Notes under the pieces: model-generated | What the model saw: only the letters and a program-made list of their open reading frames with translations | Database searches by the model: none | Told to the model about the DNA's origin: nothing | Shown here: piece by piece, positions 39,747-50,760 of the stretch | Numbering within the stretch: the stretch's first letter is position 1 | Layout of the letters: each line of letters starts with the position of its first letter | Made by a program: the position numbers and the translations under genes | Source: Prochlorococcus sp. AG-355-B18 | Lineage (GTDB): Bacteria > Cyanobacteriota > Cyanobacteriia > PCC-6307 > Cyanobiaceae | Direction: 5' to 3' | Assembly (NCBI GenBank): GCA_003280965.1 | Contig: QCDI01000010.1 | Span: 1 to 64,000 of the forward strand | DNA: 64,000 bases

Positions 39747-39896
39747 ATGTCTAAGAGAAGGAATCTAAAAAAAGAAAAGCAGGAACGTAATCGAGCGTAT
39801 GCTAGAAAATTTAAAAAAAGGAAATTAAGAACTGATGGAAGACCTGAAGGTGGAAACGTTACAGGTACAGCAAATAATGGCGGTGCAGCTGATTAG
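39747..39896 (+). CDS. small highly basic protein (49 aa, MSKRRNLKKEKQERNRAYARKFKKRKLRTDGRPEGGNVTGTANNGGAAD)
   Basis: Manual translation; ATG 39747, TAG 39894-39896; TATAAT at 39723. Confidence 0.8.
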   Translation: MSKRRNLKKEKQERNRAYARKFKKRKLRTDGRPEGGNVTGTANNGGAAD

Positions 39897-39951
39897 GGAA
39901 TATCTTTCATTTTTATCTTTTGAAATCAAATATATTATGCATTTTTAAGGC

Positions 39952-40869
39952 GTGAACATGAATGTAAGTATTGTTATACCGACTTACAATAGATTACCTA
40001 TTTTAGAGAAGTGTCTTGTTGCGCTTGAGAATCAAAAATTAGATGTAAATATTAGCAATTATGAAGTAATAGTGGTCGATGATGGATCCACTGATGGAAC
40101 AAGCTCATGGATAAATAAAAATAAAGCTAATCTCCCACACGTGATTCTATTTCAGCAAGAACATGGAGGGCCTGCACTGGGAAGAAATCTTGGAGTAATT
40201 AAATCAAAATATGAAATTATTATATTTATTGATAGTGATCTTATTGTTTTAGATAATTTTATAAATTGCCACGTAGAAAAATTACTTGCCTTTTGGAGAA
40301 AAAATGATAAAAAATGTTTTACTTATGGCTCTGTGATTAATACATCTAATTTTCTTAATCCCCAGAGTGAAATACATAAAATAACGGACACTTCTTTTGC
40401 TTACTTCGCTACTGGTAATGTTGCGATATCAAAGGAATTGATTTTAAGGGTCGGCTTATTTGATACTTCTTTTAGTCTTTATGGTTGGGAGGATTTAGAA
40501 CTTGGAGAAAGATTAAAAAAAATTGGAACAAAATTAATTAAATGTCCAAATGCAGTTGGTTTTCATTGGCATCCACCATTTAATTGTGAACAAATAGATT
40601 CATTAATAGCTCAAGAAAAAGAAAGGGCAAAAATGGCTTTAGTGTTTTATAAGAAACATCCAAATTTAAGGGTTAGATTTATGATTCAATTAACTCCTCT
40701 TCATAACTTACTTTGGCAAATTCTTTGCTTGGGAGGAGTAATCAGTATTGATAGAATCCTTCCTTTATTAAAATTTCTAGTAAGTATAAGAAAAAATAGA
40801 CTTGCACTTGAGATACTTAGGATCCCTTTGAATATGACTTACATTAAGCAGTTAAATAAATCAAGATAA
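39952..40869 (+). CDS. family 2 glycosyltransferase
   Basis: SIVIPTYNR, VDDGSTD, FIDSD, GWEDLELG. Confidence 0.92.
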   Translation: MNMNVSIVIPTYNRLPILEKCLVALENQKLDVNISNYEVIVVDDGSTDGTSSWINKNKANLPHVILFQQEHGGPALGRNLGVIKSKYEIIIFIDSDLIVLDNFINCHVEKLLAFWRKNDKKCFTYGSVINTSNFLNPQSEIHKITDTSFAYFATGNVAISKELILRVGLFDTSFSLYGWEDLELGERLKKIGTKLIKCPNAVGFHWHPPFNCEQIDSLIAQEKERAKMALVFYKKHPNLRVRFMIQLTPLHNLLWQILCLGGVISIDRILPLLKFLVSIRKNRLALEILRIPLNMTYIKQLNKSR

Positions 40870-40922
40870 AAAACTTTTAGAAATACACATCACTTGCTAG
40901 AATTGTTGAAATTAAATCCACA

Positions 40923-40986
40923 CATCTGGCAGTTTCGGGTGATTTACTAAGATAAATTCCCCGTCAGATGGAGGCTAACCCGAAAC
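40923..40986 (+). promoter_or_regulatory. rpsB 5' leader (S2 autoregulatory structure)
   Basis: CATCTGGC/GTCAGATG stem; GTTTCGGGT complementary to ACCCGAAAC; GGGT and TGGAGGC…AACCC elements as in rpsB leaders. Confidence 0.75.
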
Positions 40987-40997
40987 CCTTTTAAATT

Positions 40998-41702
40998 ATG
41001 GCTGTTGTATCACTATCTGAAATGATGGAAGCTGGTGCTCATTTTGGGCATCAAACTAGACGTTGGAATCCCAAGATGTCTAAGTATATATATTGCGCAA
41101 GGAATGGAGTGCATATTATTGATCTTGTGAAAACAGCATTGTGTATGAACAATGCTTATAAATGGGCAAGAAACGCAGCAAAAAGTGGTAAACGTTTCCT
41201 ATTCGTGGGCACAAAAAAACAAGCATCAGATGTAGTAGCTCAGGAAGCTACTAGATGCGGAGCTGCATATGTTAATCAAAGATGGCTAGGAGGGATGTTG
41301 ACTAACTGGACAACAATGAAAGCTAGGATTGAAAGATTAAAGGATCTAGAAAGAATGGAAAGTAGTGGTTCAATAGCAATGAGGCCTAAAAAAGAAGCTG
41401 CAGTTTTGAGGAGAGAACTTGAAAGATTACAAAAATACTTAGGCGGACTTAAGGGCATGAGAAGATTACCAGACGTAGTTGTTTTAGTTGATCAGAGAAG
41501 AGAATCTAATGCTGTACTAGAAGCAAGGAAATTAGATATCTCATTGGTGTCTATGTTGGATACAAACTGCGATCCTGATTTATGTGAGGTTCCTATTCCA
41601 TGCAACGATGATGCCGTTAGATCTGTGCAACTTATTTTGGGAAGACTTGCGGATGCTATAAATGAGGGCAGAAAGGGTTCTAATGCCGAAAGAAAAAATT
41701 AA
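40998..41702 (+). CDS. rpsB: 30S ribosomal protein S2
   Basis: [25 protein letters not shown]. Confidence 0.99.
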   Translation: MAVVSLSEMMEAGAHFGHQTRRWNPKMSKYIYCARNGVHIIDLVKTALCMNNAYKWARNAAKSGKRFLFVGTKKQASDVVAQEATRCGAAYVNQRWLGGMLTNWTTMKARIERLKDLERMESSGSIAMRPKKEAAVLRRELERLQKYLGGLKGMRRLPDVVVLVDQRRESNAVLEARKLDISLVSMLDTNCDPDLCEVPIPCNDDAVRSVQLILGRLADAINEGRKGSNAERKN

Positions 41703-41744
41703 ATTCCAATTTAAAACTTACTAATTACTATTTTATTAACTCAA

Positions 41745-42401
41745 ATGGGAAACATTACAGCAAAACTTGTAAAAGATCTTAGAGACAAGACAGGCGCAGG
41801 AATGATGGATTGCAAAAAAGCACTCAACGAAACTGACGGAAATGTTGATAAAGCTTTGGAATGGTTAAGAAAGAAAGGCATAGCTAGTGCTGAAAAGAAA
41901 TCAGGAAGAGTTGCGGCTGAAGGTTCAATTGGTAGTTATATACATACTGGATCAAGAGTAGGCGTTCTACTAGAGTTAAATTGTGAAACTGATTTTGTTG
42001 CTAGAGGTGATATTTTTCAATCTCTGTTGAAGGATGTTTCAATGCAAGTAGCAGCTTGCCCAAATGTTGAGTATGTCTCAATTGATGAAATACCACAAGA
42101 TGTTGTGGAAAAAGAAAAGCAGATTGAAATGGGGAGAGATGATTTATCTGGAAAACCAGAACAAATTAAAGAAAAAATAGTTGAAGGGAGAATTGCTAAA
42201 AGACTTAATGAGTTGGTTTTGCTTTCACAACCTTATATTAAAGATAGTTCTCTTACTGTTGAAGATCTTGTTAAACAAGCTGCTGCAAAAATTGGTGAAA
42301 ATATAAAAGTAAGACGCTTTACAAGATATACATTGGGTGAAGGTATCGAAAAAAATCAAATGGACTTCGCTGAAGAGGTCGCATCAATGCAATCAAACTA
42401 G
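41745..42401 (+). CDS. tsf: elongation factor Ts
   Basis: [24 protein letters not shown]. Confidence 0.99.
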   Translation: MGNITAKLVKDLRDKTGAGMMDCKKALNETDGNVDKALEWLRKKGIASAEKKSGRVAAEGSIGSYIHTGSRVGVLLELNCETDFVARGDIFQSLLKDVSMQVAACPNVEYVSIDEIPQDVVEKEKQIEMGRDDLSGKPEQIKEKIVEGRIAKRLNELVLLSQPYIKDSSLTVEDLVKQAAAKIGENIKVRRFTRYTLGEGIEKNQMDFAEEVASMQSN

Positions 42402-42405
42402 TCAC

Positions 42406-43491
42406 TTGAATGATTTGAAGAATTTCAATAATTACTTAGATATAGATAAAATTAACTCTCAATTAAAGAGAGCAGAAAAACAAAAAAGAATATTGATTAG
42501 AAATATCAATAGGGAATATGAAATTTATCTTAAATTCGTAAGAGATCTACTTTACATCTCAGTTGAAAAAGGGCTTAACCAAATATATAGTCATCCAACA
42601 ATTGATGATAATTTCTTAAATGAAAATAAATTTTGCGGGTTCTTTGAAAAAAAAATAAGCAAACTTATTTATTCAAATTTGCCCTTATTAACAGTAGAAC
42701 AATTAAAAATAAATGAAATTGAAAAAAACATAAATAAAGAAATTAATTTAAATAGTTTTGATATTTCCCAAAAATCAAATGAAGACCAAAAAGAAAAATT
42801 TCAATATGAAGATGGTTTTCAATTAGAAGAACCCATGAAGTTCCAGATAAGTAAAGATATTTCAAATACCACAGAATATTATCAAGCTAAGGATTATGAG
42901 AAATTGTCATCACTTGATTTGGATAATAAGGACCATAATAATTATTTATCTAAAAACAATATTATTGAAAATTTAGGTGTTGAAAAACAATTTATTTCTT
43001 CCCTTCTTGAATTAATAGGTGAAGTAAAGGTTGAGAAACCAAGACATATAGGAGAAGGCAATATCAATCAAATGGATATTTCACCCAAAAATCAGATTCT
43101 TAAAAATTTTGATTTAATCGATAAGTCATTGGAAAATTTACTATTGAATCTTTCATATAAGATTAACCAAGAATTATTTAAGGCCAATCTAATAAAAAAA
43201 ATTATATCTAAAGATTCCTTTGATTACTTAGTAGGAAAAAATTTGATGATAAAACACCCATGTCCTTTTGTCATTAATTTCGAATTCAACTTAAATAGTT
43301 CATCATTAAACGGCAATAATTTTCAAAGTATTATTTTTTTTAATATATCTACTGTCGAATTAGAGTTTAAAAATTTAAATCTTTCTATTCAAAGGAATAA
43401 AATAAATGAGCTAAAAAATCAATTTCAGCGTTTGATTAAAAAAGATAAATACTGGAGGCAAAAAGAAATAACTTTGAATAAGATACTATGA
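42406..43491 (+). CDS. hypothetical protein between tsf and recG
   Basis: Long open frame; TTG at 42406 avoids overlap with tsf. Confidence 0.75.
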   Translation: MNDLKNFNNYLDIDKINSQLKRAEKQKRILIRNINREYEIYLKFVRDLLYISVEKGLNQIYSHPTIDDNFLNENKFCGFFEKKISKLIYSNLPLLTVEQLKINEIEKNINKEINLNSFDISQKSNEDQKEKFQYEDGFQLEEPMKFQISKDISNTTEYYQAKDYEKLSSLDLDNKDHNNYLSKNNIIENLGVEKQFISSLLELIGEVKVEKPRHIGEGNINQMDISPKNQILKNFDLIDKSLENLLLNLSYKINQELFKANLIKKIISKDSFDYLVGKNLMIKHPCPFVINFEFNLNSSSLNGNNFQSIIFFNISTVELEFKNLNLSIQRNKINELKNQFQRLIKKDKYWRQKEITLNKIL

Positions 43492-43512
43492 AAAAATAAC
43501 TCTTTTTCAAAT

Positions 43513-45972
43513 GTGACTATTAGCGCGAATGATAACACTAAATTAATTAAAGATTGGATAAGACCTCTTCAAAAGTCCTTAACTATTGAAACTGAAAACA
43601 AATTTATTAATACCCTTGGAAGAGAAAAGTACTTTAGTGATTATTTGCATGAATCATTAAAAAAACTAGATAATCTAAATATTTCAGAGGAATATTTGAG
43701 GATATTTCATGAATTTTCAAAAAAATTTAATGAATACAATAAGTTAGATGAAAATCAAAGAAAAAGGTTAATTATAGATACAAGAAAAAATCTTTATAAA
43801 CTTGGTAAAACTCTTGAAATAGTAAGTTCAAATAATATTTCTAATAATGTTTTACTGAATAAAGCCGATTCAAGCTTGTCTTTTGATTCAGATATTTCAT
43901 TAATAAAAAATGTAGGAAAAGTTTATAAAAATAAGCTTAATGAATTAGGGATATTTCACATAAAAGATCTAATTAATTATTTCCCGCGAACATATCTAGA
44001 CTATACGAATAGAGTTAAGATAATTAATTTAAAACCAGATAATTTATATACGTGTATCGCAAACGTTAAAAGATTTTATATTCATAAGAGTAAAAAGAAT
44101 AGTAATTTATCAATAATGAATATTGTAGTTTCTGATGAAACGTCTTCAATAAAGGTTACAAAATTTTTTTTAGGAAGAAGATTTAGATCTTACTCCTTCT
44201 TTACATCTCAAAAATCTTTGTATACTACAGGAACCAAATTAGCAATTTCCGGTAAGGTCAAATTTACAGAGTATGGCAAAACTTTTGTAGATCCGCAGAT
44301 TGAAATTCTTAAGGATAACAATGAGAATTTTAATTTCTCAGGCAAAATATTACCCCTGTATTCATTAGGTGAAGCATTATCAAATATGAGTTTTATAAAA
44401 CTTATGAAAAAAGTACTAATTTATGCAAAGCAATATCCAGAAATTTTAAATAAAAAGCAACTTGATTCATTATCTTTACTATCAAAAGGAGAGTCATTGA
44501 TTAATATTCATTTCCCGCCAACACAACAGGCACTCATTGAATCAAAAAAACGTTTGGTTTTTGATGAATTGTTCCTACTTCAAATAAAATTCCTACTTAG
44601 AAAAAGAAAGGCGAATAAAAATGTAACTTCTCAACAATTACCTCGAAAGAAATCTTTATTAAAAGAATTTTTAAATACTTTTCCTTTTGAATTAACAAAA
44701 TCTCAAGAAAATGTTTTAAATGAAATTAAGAAAGATTTATCTAATCCTGTACCAATGTCTAGATTGCTTCAGGGAGACGTGGGAAGCGGTAAAACCATAA
44801 TTGCGATAGCGTCTCTTTTACTTGTCATTGAAAAAAACCTGCAAGGTGCATTTATGGTCCCAACTGAGGTGTTAGCGGAACAGCATTATAAAAATTTATT
44901 AAAATATTTGAACCCACTTTTAGTTTCTGTTGAACTACTTACTGGGAATACTCCTCAAAAAAAGAGAAAAGAAATTTTCTCTAATTTGAACAATGGATTA
45001 GTTGATATCCTCGTAGGTACTCATGCATTATTTGAGGATAAAGTTATCTTTAATGCATTAGGGATGGTGGTAATTGATGAACAACATAGATTTGGAGTTA
45101 CTCAAAGAAATAGATTACTAAATAAAGGAGAAAATACTAACTTGTTATCAATGACAGCAACTCCAATTCCAAGAACTCTTGCGCTTTCCATTTATGGTGA
45201 TTTAGATGTTAGTCAAATTACAGAACTCCCTCCTGGGAGAGTTCCTATAACTACGAAAATTATTTCAGAAGATGATTTAACTAACTTGTTCAAGATTGTT
45301 GAAGATGAGATCAATAAGGGAAAGCAAGCTTATGTGATTTTGCCACTTATAGAAGATTCAGAAAAAATGAATTTAAGCTCCGCAAAGAAAATATTCAAAC
45401 ATTTATCAGAAGAGGTCTTTTTTAACAAAAAAGTTGGATTATTACATGGCAAATTAAGTTCACAAGAAAAAAATGAAGTGATTAATTCTTTTTTAAAGAA
45501 TGAAATTAATATATTGGTTTCAACCACTGTAATTGAGGTTGGCATTGATGTGCCTAACGCCACAATTATGATTATTTATAATTCGGACAGATTTGGATTG
45601 TCCCAGCTACATCAATTAAGGGGGAGAGTTGGTAGAGGATCAACAAAATCTTTTTGTTATCTGGTAACCCCCGATAAAAATGGATTAGAAAATAAACGAC
45701 TTTGTGTTTTGCAAAAATCTAATGATGGCTTTTATATTGCTGAAAAAGACTTGGAGCTTAGAGGACCAGGCCAGATTTTAGGATATAGACAATCCGGATT
45801 ACCTGATTTTGTATTGGACAATTTACCTAACAATAAATTTCTTATTGATAAGGCTCGTGAAGAGGCTATTAAGATTGTTAGTGATGATCCTGATTTAACA
45901 GAAAATATCGTTTTGAGGAATATACTTATCGATAATTCTGATAATAAATTCATTCATGATTTCTTAAATTGA
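43513..45972 (+). CDS. recG: ATP-dependent DNA helicase RecG
   Basis: QGDVGSGKT, DEQHRFG, TATPIPR, QLRGRVGRG. Confidence 0.97.
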   Translation: MTISANDNTKLIKDWIRPLQKSLTIETENKFINTLGREKYFSDYLHESLKKLDNLNISEEYLRIFHEFSKKFNEYNKLDENQRKRLIIDTRKNLYKLGKTLEIVSSNNISNNVLLNKADSSLSFDSDISLIKNVGKVYKNKLNELGIFHIKDLINYFPRTYLDYTNRVKIINLKPDNLYTCIANVKRFYIHKSKKNSNLSIMNIVVSDETSSIKVTKFFLGRRFRSYSFFTSQKSLYTTGTKLAISGKVKFTEYGKTFVDPQIEILKDNNENFNFSGKILPLYSLGEALSNMSFIKLMKKVLIYAKQYPEILNKKQLDSLSLLSKGESLINIHFPPTQQALIESKKRLVFDELFLLQIKFLLRKRKANKNVTSQQLPRKKSLLKEFLNTFPFELTKSQENVLNEIKKDLSNPVPMSRLLQGDVGSGKTIIAIASLLLVIEKNLQGAFMVPTEVLAEQHYKNLLKYLNPLLVSVELLTGNTPQKKRKEIFSNLNNGLVDILVGTHALFEDKVIFNALGMVVIDEQHRFGVTQRNRLLNKGENTNLLSMTATPIPRTLALSIYGDLDVSQITELPPGRVPITTKIISEDDLTNLFKIVEDEINKGKQAYVILPLIEDSEKMNLSSAKKIFKHLSEEVFFNKKVGLLHGKLSSQEKNEVINSFLKNEINILVSTTVIEVGIDVPNATIMIIYNSDRFGLSQLHQLRGRVGRGSTKSFCYLVTPDKNGLENKRLCVLQKSNDGFYIAEKDLELRGPGQILGYRQSGLPDFVLDNLPNNKFLIDKAREEAIKIVSDDPDLTENIVLRNILIDNSDNKFIHDFLN

Positions 45973-46029
45973 AAACTATCATTGTAATTTTTGATATATA
46001 TGCCACTATAAATCAATTGCAAATTTCAA

Positions 46030-46713
46030 TTGAAAATTTGGAATAAAATACCAATTAAAGATAATGGAGATAAATTAATAGTTATACCTAGCTGCTTAAA
46101 GTTTTTAGATCCCCACCCTTACTATCATTTAGGAGCACCTTACAAAGATAAAACTTCTATTTGGAAATTAAGAGAGGAGGTCGTAAATAGATTAGTAAAA
46201 GTAAATGATTATTTGATATCAAAGAGTAGTTTTAACCTTTTAATTTATGACAGTTGGCGACCTTTAGAAGTCCAGGAATTTATGTTTAAAAGAGCATTTT
46301 TATTAGAGTGTGAAAAATCCGATATTGATATTTCTTTTGAAAATATGAAATCTTATCCATCCATTTTAAAAAAAGTTGAAAAATTTTGGGCATATCCTTC
46401 TTATGACACTATGTGTCCTCCACCTCATTCAACTGGGGGTGCATTGGATGTTTGTTTATCAGATAAAGAAGGAAATCTTGTTGAAATGGGAAGCATGGTT
46501 GATCAAATGGATGAGACCTCAAATCCTTATTTTTATGCAAATATGAAGAATGAAGAAGCAATTATTTGGAATAGTAGAAGAAATTTATTAAGGGAAATTA
46601 TGACTAAATTTGGATTCGCTCAACATCCTAATGAATGGTGGCATTTTAGTTATGGTGATCAATTATGGGCTTGGAAAAATAAAAAAGCAAATGCCCTTTA
46701 TGGAAAAATTTAA
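46030..46713 (+). CDS. D-Ala-D-Ala dipeptidase (M15, VanX/DdpX-like)
   Basis: YDSWRP, PHSTGGALD, EWWHF. Confidence 0.88.
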   Translation: MKIWNKIPIKDNGDKLIVIPSCLKFLDPHPYYHLGAPYKDKTSIWKLREEVVNRLVKVNDYLISKSSFNLLIYDSWRPLEVQEFMFKRAFLLECEKSDIDISFENMKSYPSILKKVEKFWAYPSYDTMCPPPHSTGGALDVCLSDKEGNLVEMGSMVDQMDETSNPYFYANMKNEEAIIWNSRRNLLREIMTKFGFAQHPNEWWHFSYGDQLWAWKNKKANALYGKI

Positions 46714-46716
46714 ATT

Positions 46717-48504
46717 CTATTGATTTTTATTTAGTAAATTCAATATATAATTTTCATCTTGAGTATTTATGAAATCTCCGAAATCCAAATTCAAATTACT
46801 CTTCCACTTATCAAATAATGGTTGAAGAGTTTTTTCTAAATCGTTAAGTTCCATTCTTTGTAAGAATGGTTTAGCCAGCCTTTGTAGATTTTTACTTCCC
46901 CCCAACCATAATTGGTATTTGTTTTGCCCACTTCCAACAAGTGCTAATTCGGCCATATAAGGTCTGGTACATCCGTTCGGGCATCCTGTCATTCTGAATA
47001 ATATTGTTTTTTGTATTTCAAGATCTAATAGTAAATTTTCAATCCTTTTTAATACATCAGGTAATATTCTTTCGGCTTCAGTCATTGCAAGACCACAAAG
47101 TGGTAAAGCAGGACAAGCTAAAGCATGTCTTTGTATTTCATTTATGTTTTCTAAATTTTCATATCCAATTTTTGATAAAGATTTTTGAATTTCATCTTTG
47201 TTTTTATTGGCGATATTACAAAGTAAAATATCTTGATTAGGTGTGAGTCTTAAATCTAAATTATATTTTTTAACAATGCTTGTGATGGTATTCTTTTTCT
47301 CTCCAGATAATCTCCCTGATAATAATGGTAAACCTACGAAATAGGAGGTTTTATTTTGCTTATTCCAACCTAGGTAATCAATAAGAACCTTATCTGGTTC
47401 TTTTCTGATTTTTTTAATTTCTTTTTTGAAATACTTATCAGAAAGTATCTTTTTGAACCATTTAATACCTTTTCTATGAAGAAGATATTTCATTCTGGAA
47501 TTTTTTCTTGATTTTCTATCGCCATAATCTCTTTGAATGGCCACAATGCTTTGTATTAATTCATAAACATCAGGTTCTTCAACATATCCAAGTGGATCTG
47601 CAATTCTGGCAAAGGTCTCTTCATTGTTATGTGTGCGACCCATACCACCTCCAACATAGAAGTTGCACCCTTCTAAGTTTCCATCTTTAGAAGTAAAGGC
47701 AACTATGCCAATGTCATTGGTTAGAAGATCAACAGAATTATCTCCAGGAACTGTCACAGCACATTTGAATTTTCTCGGTAAATAAGTTGAACCATAGAGA
47801 GGTTCATCTTTTATTCCACTAAAAACATTATCTTTGAATTGTAGCTTCCTAATTTCTTCAATATCTTTATCAGGCTTTATGGTGTACTCTAAATCTCCAT
47901 CAGCCCAAAGTTCTAAAAAAGTGCCTTGGCCAGCCATTGGGGTGAGAAGATCTGCAACTTTTTTTGCCAATGCTCTCGCAACATTATAGTCTGGCGAATC
48001 AAATGGAGCAGCAGGGGCCATAACGTTTCTATTTATGTCTCCACATGCAGCTAATGTGGAGCCCATTGAATTTACTATTGTTTGAATTACTTCTTTTAGG
48101 TTCTCCTTTCTAATTCCATGCATTTGGAAGGCTTGTCTTGTAGTGGCCCTAAGTGTTCCATTACCTAGTTTGTCAGATAATTCATCTAATGCTAAAAATA
48201 ATTTCCCAGGGATTTCACCGCCCGGATTTCTTAACCTAAGCATCATTTGCCAATCTTTACTCTTGCCCGGCCTTCTATTTTCCCTGTTATCTTGTTGATA
48301 ACTACCATGAAATTTCAATAACTGAACTGCATCATTAGTAAAATGATCGCTATCATTAACTAATTCCGTAGCAAGAGGTTCCTTCAGAAATTGGCTACTT
48401 TTTTTAAAATTTTCAAATTTTGAAACTTCGAGTCCATTAGCCAAACAAACAGTTTCTTCTTTGGCAGAGTCTTTTTTCTTTTTTACTTTCTCAACCTTGA
48501 TCAA
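46717..48504 (-). CDS. sir: ferredoxin-sulfite reductase
   Basis: KFHGSYQQDNR, YLPRKFK, ACPALPLCGLA, GCPNGC. Confidence 0.94.
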   Translation of the reverse strand: MIKVEKVKKKKDSAKEETVCLANGLEVSKFENFKKSSQFLKEPLATELVNDSDHFTNDAVQLLKFHGSYQQDNRENRRPGKSKDWQMMLRLRNPGGEIPGKLFLALDELSDKLGNGTLRATTRQAFQMHGIRKENLKEVIQTIVNSMGSTLAACGDINRNVMAPAAPFDSPDYNVARALAKKVADLLTPMAGQGTFLELWADGDLEYTIKPDKDIEEIRKLQFKDNVFSGIKDEPLYGSTYLPRKFKCAVTVPGDNSVDLLTNDIGIVAFTSKDGNLEGCNFYVGGGMGRTHNNEETFARIADPLGYVEEPDVYELIQSIVAIQRDYGDRKSRKNSRMKYLLHRKGIKWFKKILSDKYFKKEIKKIRKEPDKVLIDYLGWNKQNKTSYFVGLPLLSGRLSGEKKNTITSIVKKYNLDLRLTPNQDILLCNIANKNKDEIQKSLSKIGYENLENINEIQRHALACPALPLCGLAMTEAERILPDVLKRIENLLLDLEIQKTILFRMTGCPNGCTRPYMAELALVGSGQNKYQLWLGGSKNLQRLAKPFLQRMELNDLEKTLQPLFDKWKSNLNLDFGDFINTQDENYILNLLNKNQ

Positions 48505-48591
48505 AGGACCAAAACATATCTCTTTTTATACATTAGCGAAAAGCTTATTTAACTGGTAGTAAATTATAGTAATAGAAGTCATAATTTTTTC

Positions 48592-50760
48592 TTGTCTAAA
48601 TATTTACTTGAGATAGGAACCGAAGAGTTGCCCGCAAAATTTTCTCATTCTGTTCTAGAGCAATTTAAATCTCTAATAGAATTTGAATTGGATAAAAAGT
48701 TGATCAAATTCAACAATATCGTTGTTACTTCTACACCAAGGAGAATTGTTCTACTTTTAGAAGGGTTAGTTGATTATGCAGAAGATAAGACGATAGTAAG
48801 AAAAGGACCTAAAGCCAATTCAGCTTTTTTAGATGGATCTCCTACTAATGCAGCTTTAGGATTTGCGAATAGTTTAGGTATAGATGTAGGAGAGCTAGAA
48901 ATAAAAAATACAGAAAAGGGCGATTTTGTTTTTGGAAAGAAAATTGAGAAGGGACAATCCACAAAAATTTCTTTGTCTTCAATTGTTCCTAAAGTAATGA
49001 AGAGTCTTCAAGGTCCACGATTTATGAAATGGGGGGCTGGAAATACAAAATTTTCAAGACCTATTAGGTGGATTACTTCTATCTACAATGATGATATTCT
49101 TGATTTCGTATTTGATGAATGTGATCCAAATATTCAAATAAGTAATAAATCAAAAAGTCATAGACTAATCAATAAAGTTATTGAAGTTCAAAATCCTGAT
49201 AATTTTTTTGAATTAATGATTCAAAATAGGGTATTAGTTGAGCGTCAAGAAAGAAAAGAAAAAATTGAAAGTCTTATAAATCAGGCCTCTAAATTACTAA
49301 ATCTGAAGCCTGATCTTTCTAAAGGATTGCTTGATGAACTAACTGATTTAGTTGAATGGCCCGAATTGATTATTGGTAAATTTAGCGATGAATTTCTTAA
49401 TCTCCCAGTTGAAGTTCTTTCCACAGTCATGAAAAGTCATCAGAGATATGTGCCTCTTTTATTGAATAATAGTACTTTTTCAAAACTAGATTTAAGCTCT
49501 GAAAAAAATATTAGTACAAATTTTTTCGTTATTTCAAATGGTCTTGATGAATCAAATAAAAACATTGCGAAGGGTAATGAGAAGGTTTTGAGGGCTAGGT
49601 TTTCAGATGCAAAGTTTTTTGTAGAAAGTGATAAAAAAGTTGCTTCAATTGAAAGAAATGAAAAACTTAAATCTGTTTCTTATTTAAAAGGACTTGGAAA
49701 TATCTTTCAGAGAGTTAAGAGAATAGAGGAAGTTACAAAAAATATCCTTACATTTTTAAATGATAAGTCTTTAGAAGATAAAAAAATAATAGAAGCTGCT
49801 AGATTCTGTAAAAACGACTTATGTAGTGAAATTGTTTTCGAATTCCCTGAGTTGCAAGGAATAATGGGTGGTAAATATCTTAAAAATGAAGGTTTTAGTG
49901 AGGATGTTTGTTTGGCTGTGGCTGAACATTACTTGCCCTCTTTTTATAAAGATGCCTTGCCTTCGTCAAAATATGGCGCGATAGTTTCTGTCGCAGATAA
50001 GATTGAAACTTTAATAAGTATATTTATTTCCGGTAAGCGTCCAAGTGGATCTTCTGATCCTTATGCTTTGAGAAGAAATTTGAACGGAGTGATTAAAATA
50101 ATTTGGGATTATGAACTTGATTTGCCTTTAGAAAAGTTATTTAACGAACTTATTGATTTTTGGAAAATCGAATTCCCTAATTTGGACTTCTCAAAAAAGG
50201 AAGTTTTAAATGATTTAATTGAATTTCTAGTTCAAAGAATTGTTAGTCATCTTGAAGAAATATCACTTAGTAAAGAATTGATAAAAGCCCTTTACTCTTC
50301 TGATGAGTTTTCTCAAAAAAGAATTTTGAATATTGTTGATCTTAAAAATAGAGTTAAAAGTATTATCAATTTTAAAGAAAAAGAAACTTTTTTTGAAATC
50401 CAGAAGGTAATTACAAGGGTAAGTAAATTAGCTTATAGTAGTAATCTTTCAACAGAGGTATTATCTATAGGAGATTATGTGAACACAAAACTTTTTGAAA
50501 AAGATTGTGAATTGAAAGTTTTTGAATTTATTAAGGAACTAGAAAAACTTTATTCAAAAGGTTCTTGCGATTATTTGAAACTTCTAAACTTATTCGAGAT
50601 CAATATAAATACTATTGAGGATTTATTTGACAATGAAAAAGGGGTCCTTGTAATGACAGAGGATATTAAAGTACGAAATAATAGACTAAATTTGTTGAGC
50701 TTAATTAGAAATTATTCTCTAAAGATCGCTGACTTTACACTTTTGAACTCTTTACTTTAA
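48592..50760 (+). CDS. glyS: glycyl-tRNA synthetase beta subunit
   Basis: LLEIGTEELP, RPIRW, EFPELQG, GSSDPYALRR. Confidence 0.96.
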   Translation: MSKYLLEIGTEELPAKFSHSVLEQFKSLIEFELDKKLIKFNNIVVTSTPRRIVLLLEGLVDYAEDKTIVRKGPKANSAFLDGSPTNAALGFANSLGIDVGELEIKNTEKGDFVFGKKIEKGQSTKISLSSIVPKVMKSLQGPRFMKWGAGNTKFSRPIRWITSIYNDDILDFVFDECDPNIQISNKSKSHRLINKVIEVQNPDNFFELMIQNRVLVERQERKEKIESLINQASKLLNLKPDLSKGLLDELTDLVEWPELIIGKFSDEFLNLPVEVLSTVMKSHQRYVPLLLNNSTFSKLDLSSEKNISTNFFVISNGLDESNKNIAKGNEKVLRARFSDAKFFVESDKKVASIERNEKLKSVSYLKGLGNIFQRVKRIEEVTKNILTFLNDKSLEDKKIIEAARFCKNDLCSEIVFEFPELQGIMGGKYLKNEGFSEDVCLAVAEHYLPSFYKDALPSSKYGAIVSVADKIETLISIFISGKRPSGSSDPYALRRNLNGVIKIIWDYELDLPLEKLFNELIDFWKIEFPNLDFSKKEVLNDLIEFLVQRIVSHLEEISLSKELIKALYSSDEFSQKRILNIVDLKNRVKSIINFKEKETFFEIQKVITRVSKLAYSSNLSTEVLSIGDYVNTKLFEKDCELKVFEFIKELEKLYSKGSCDYLKLLNLFEININTIEDLFDNEKGVLVMTEDIKVRNNRLNLLSLIRNYSLKIADFTLLNSLL

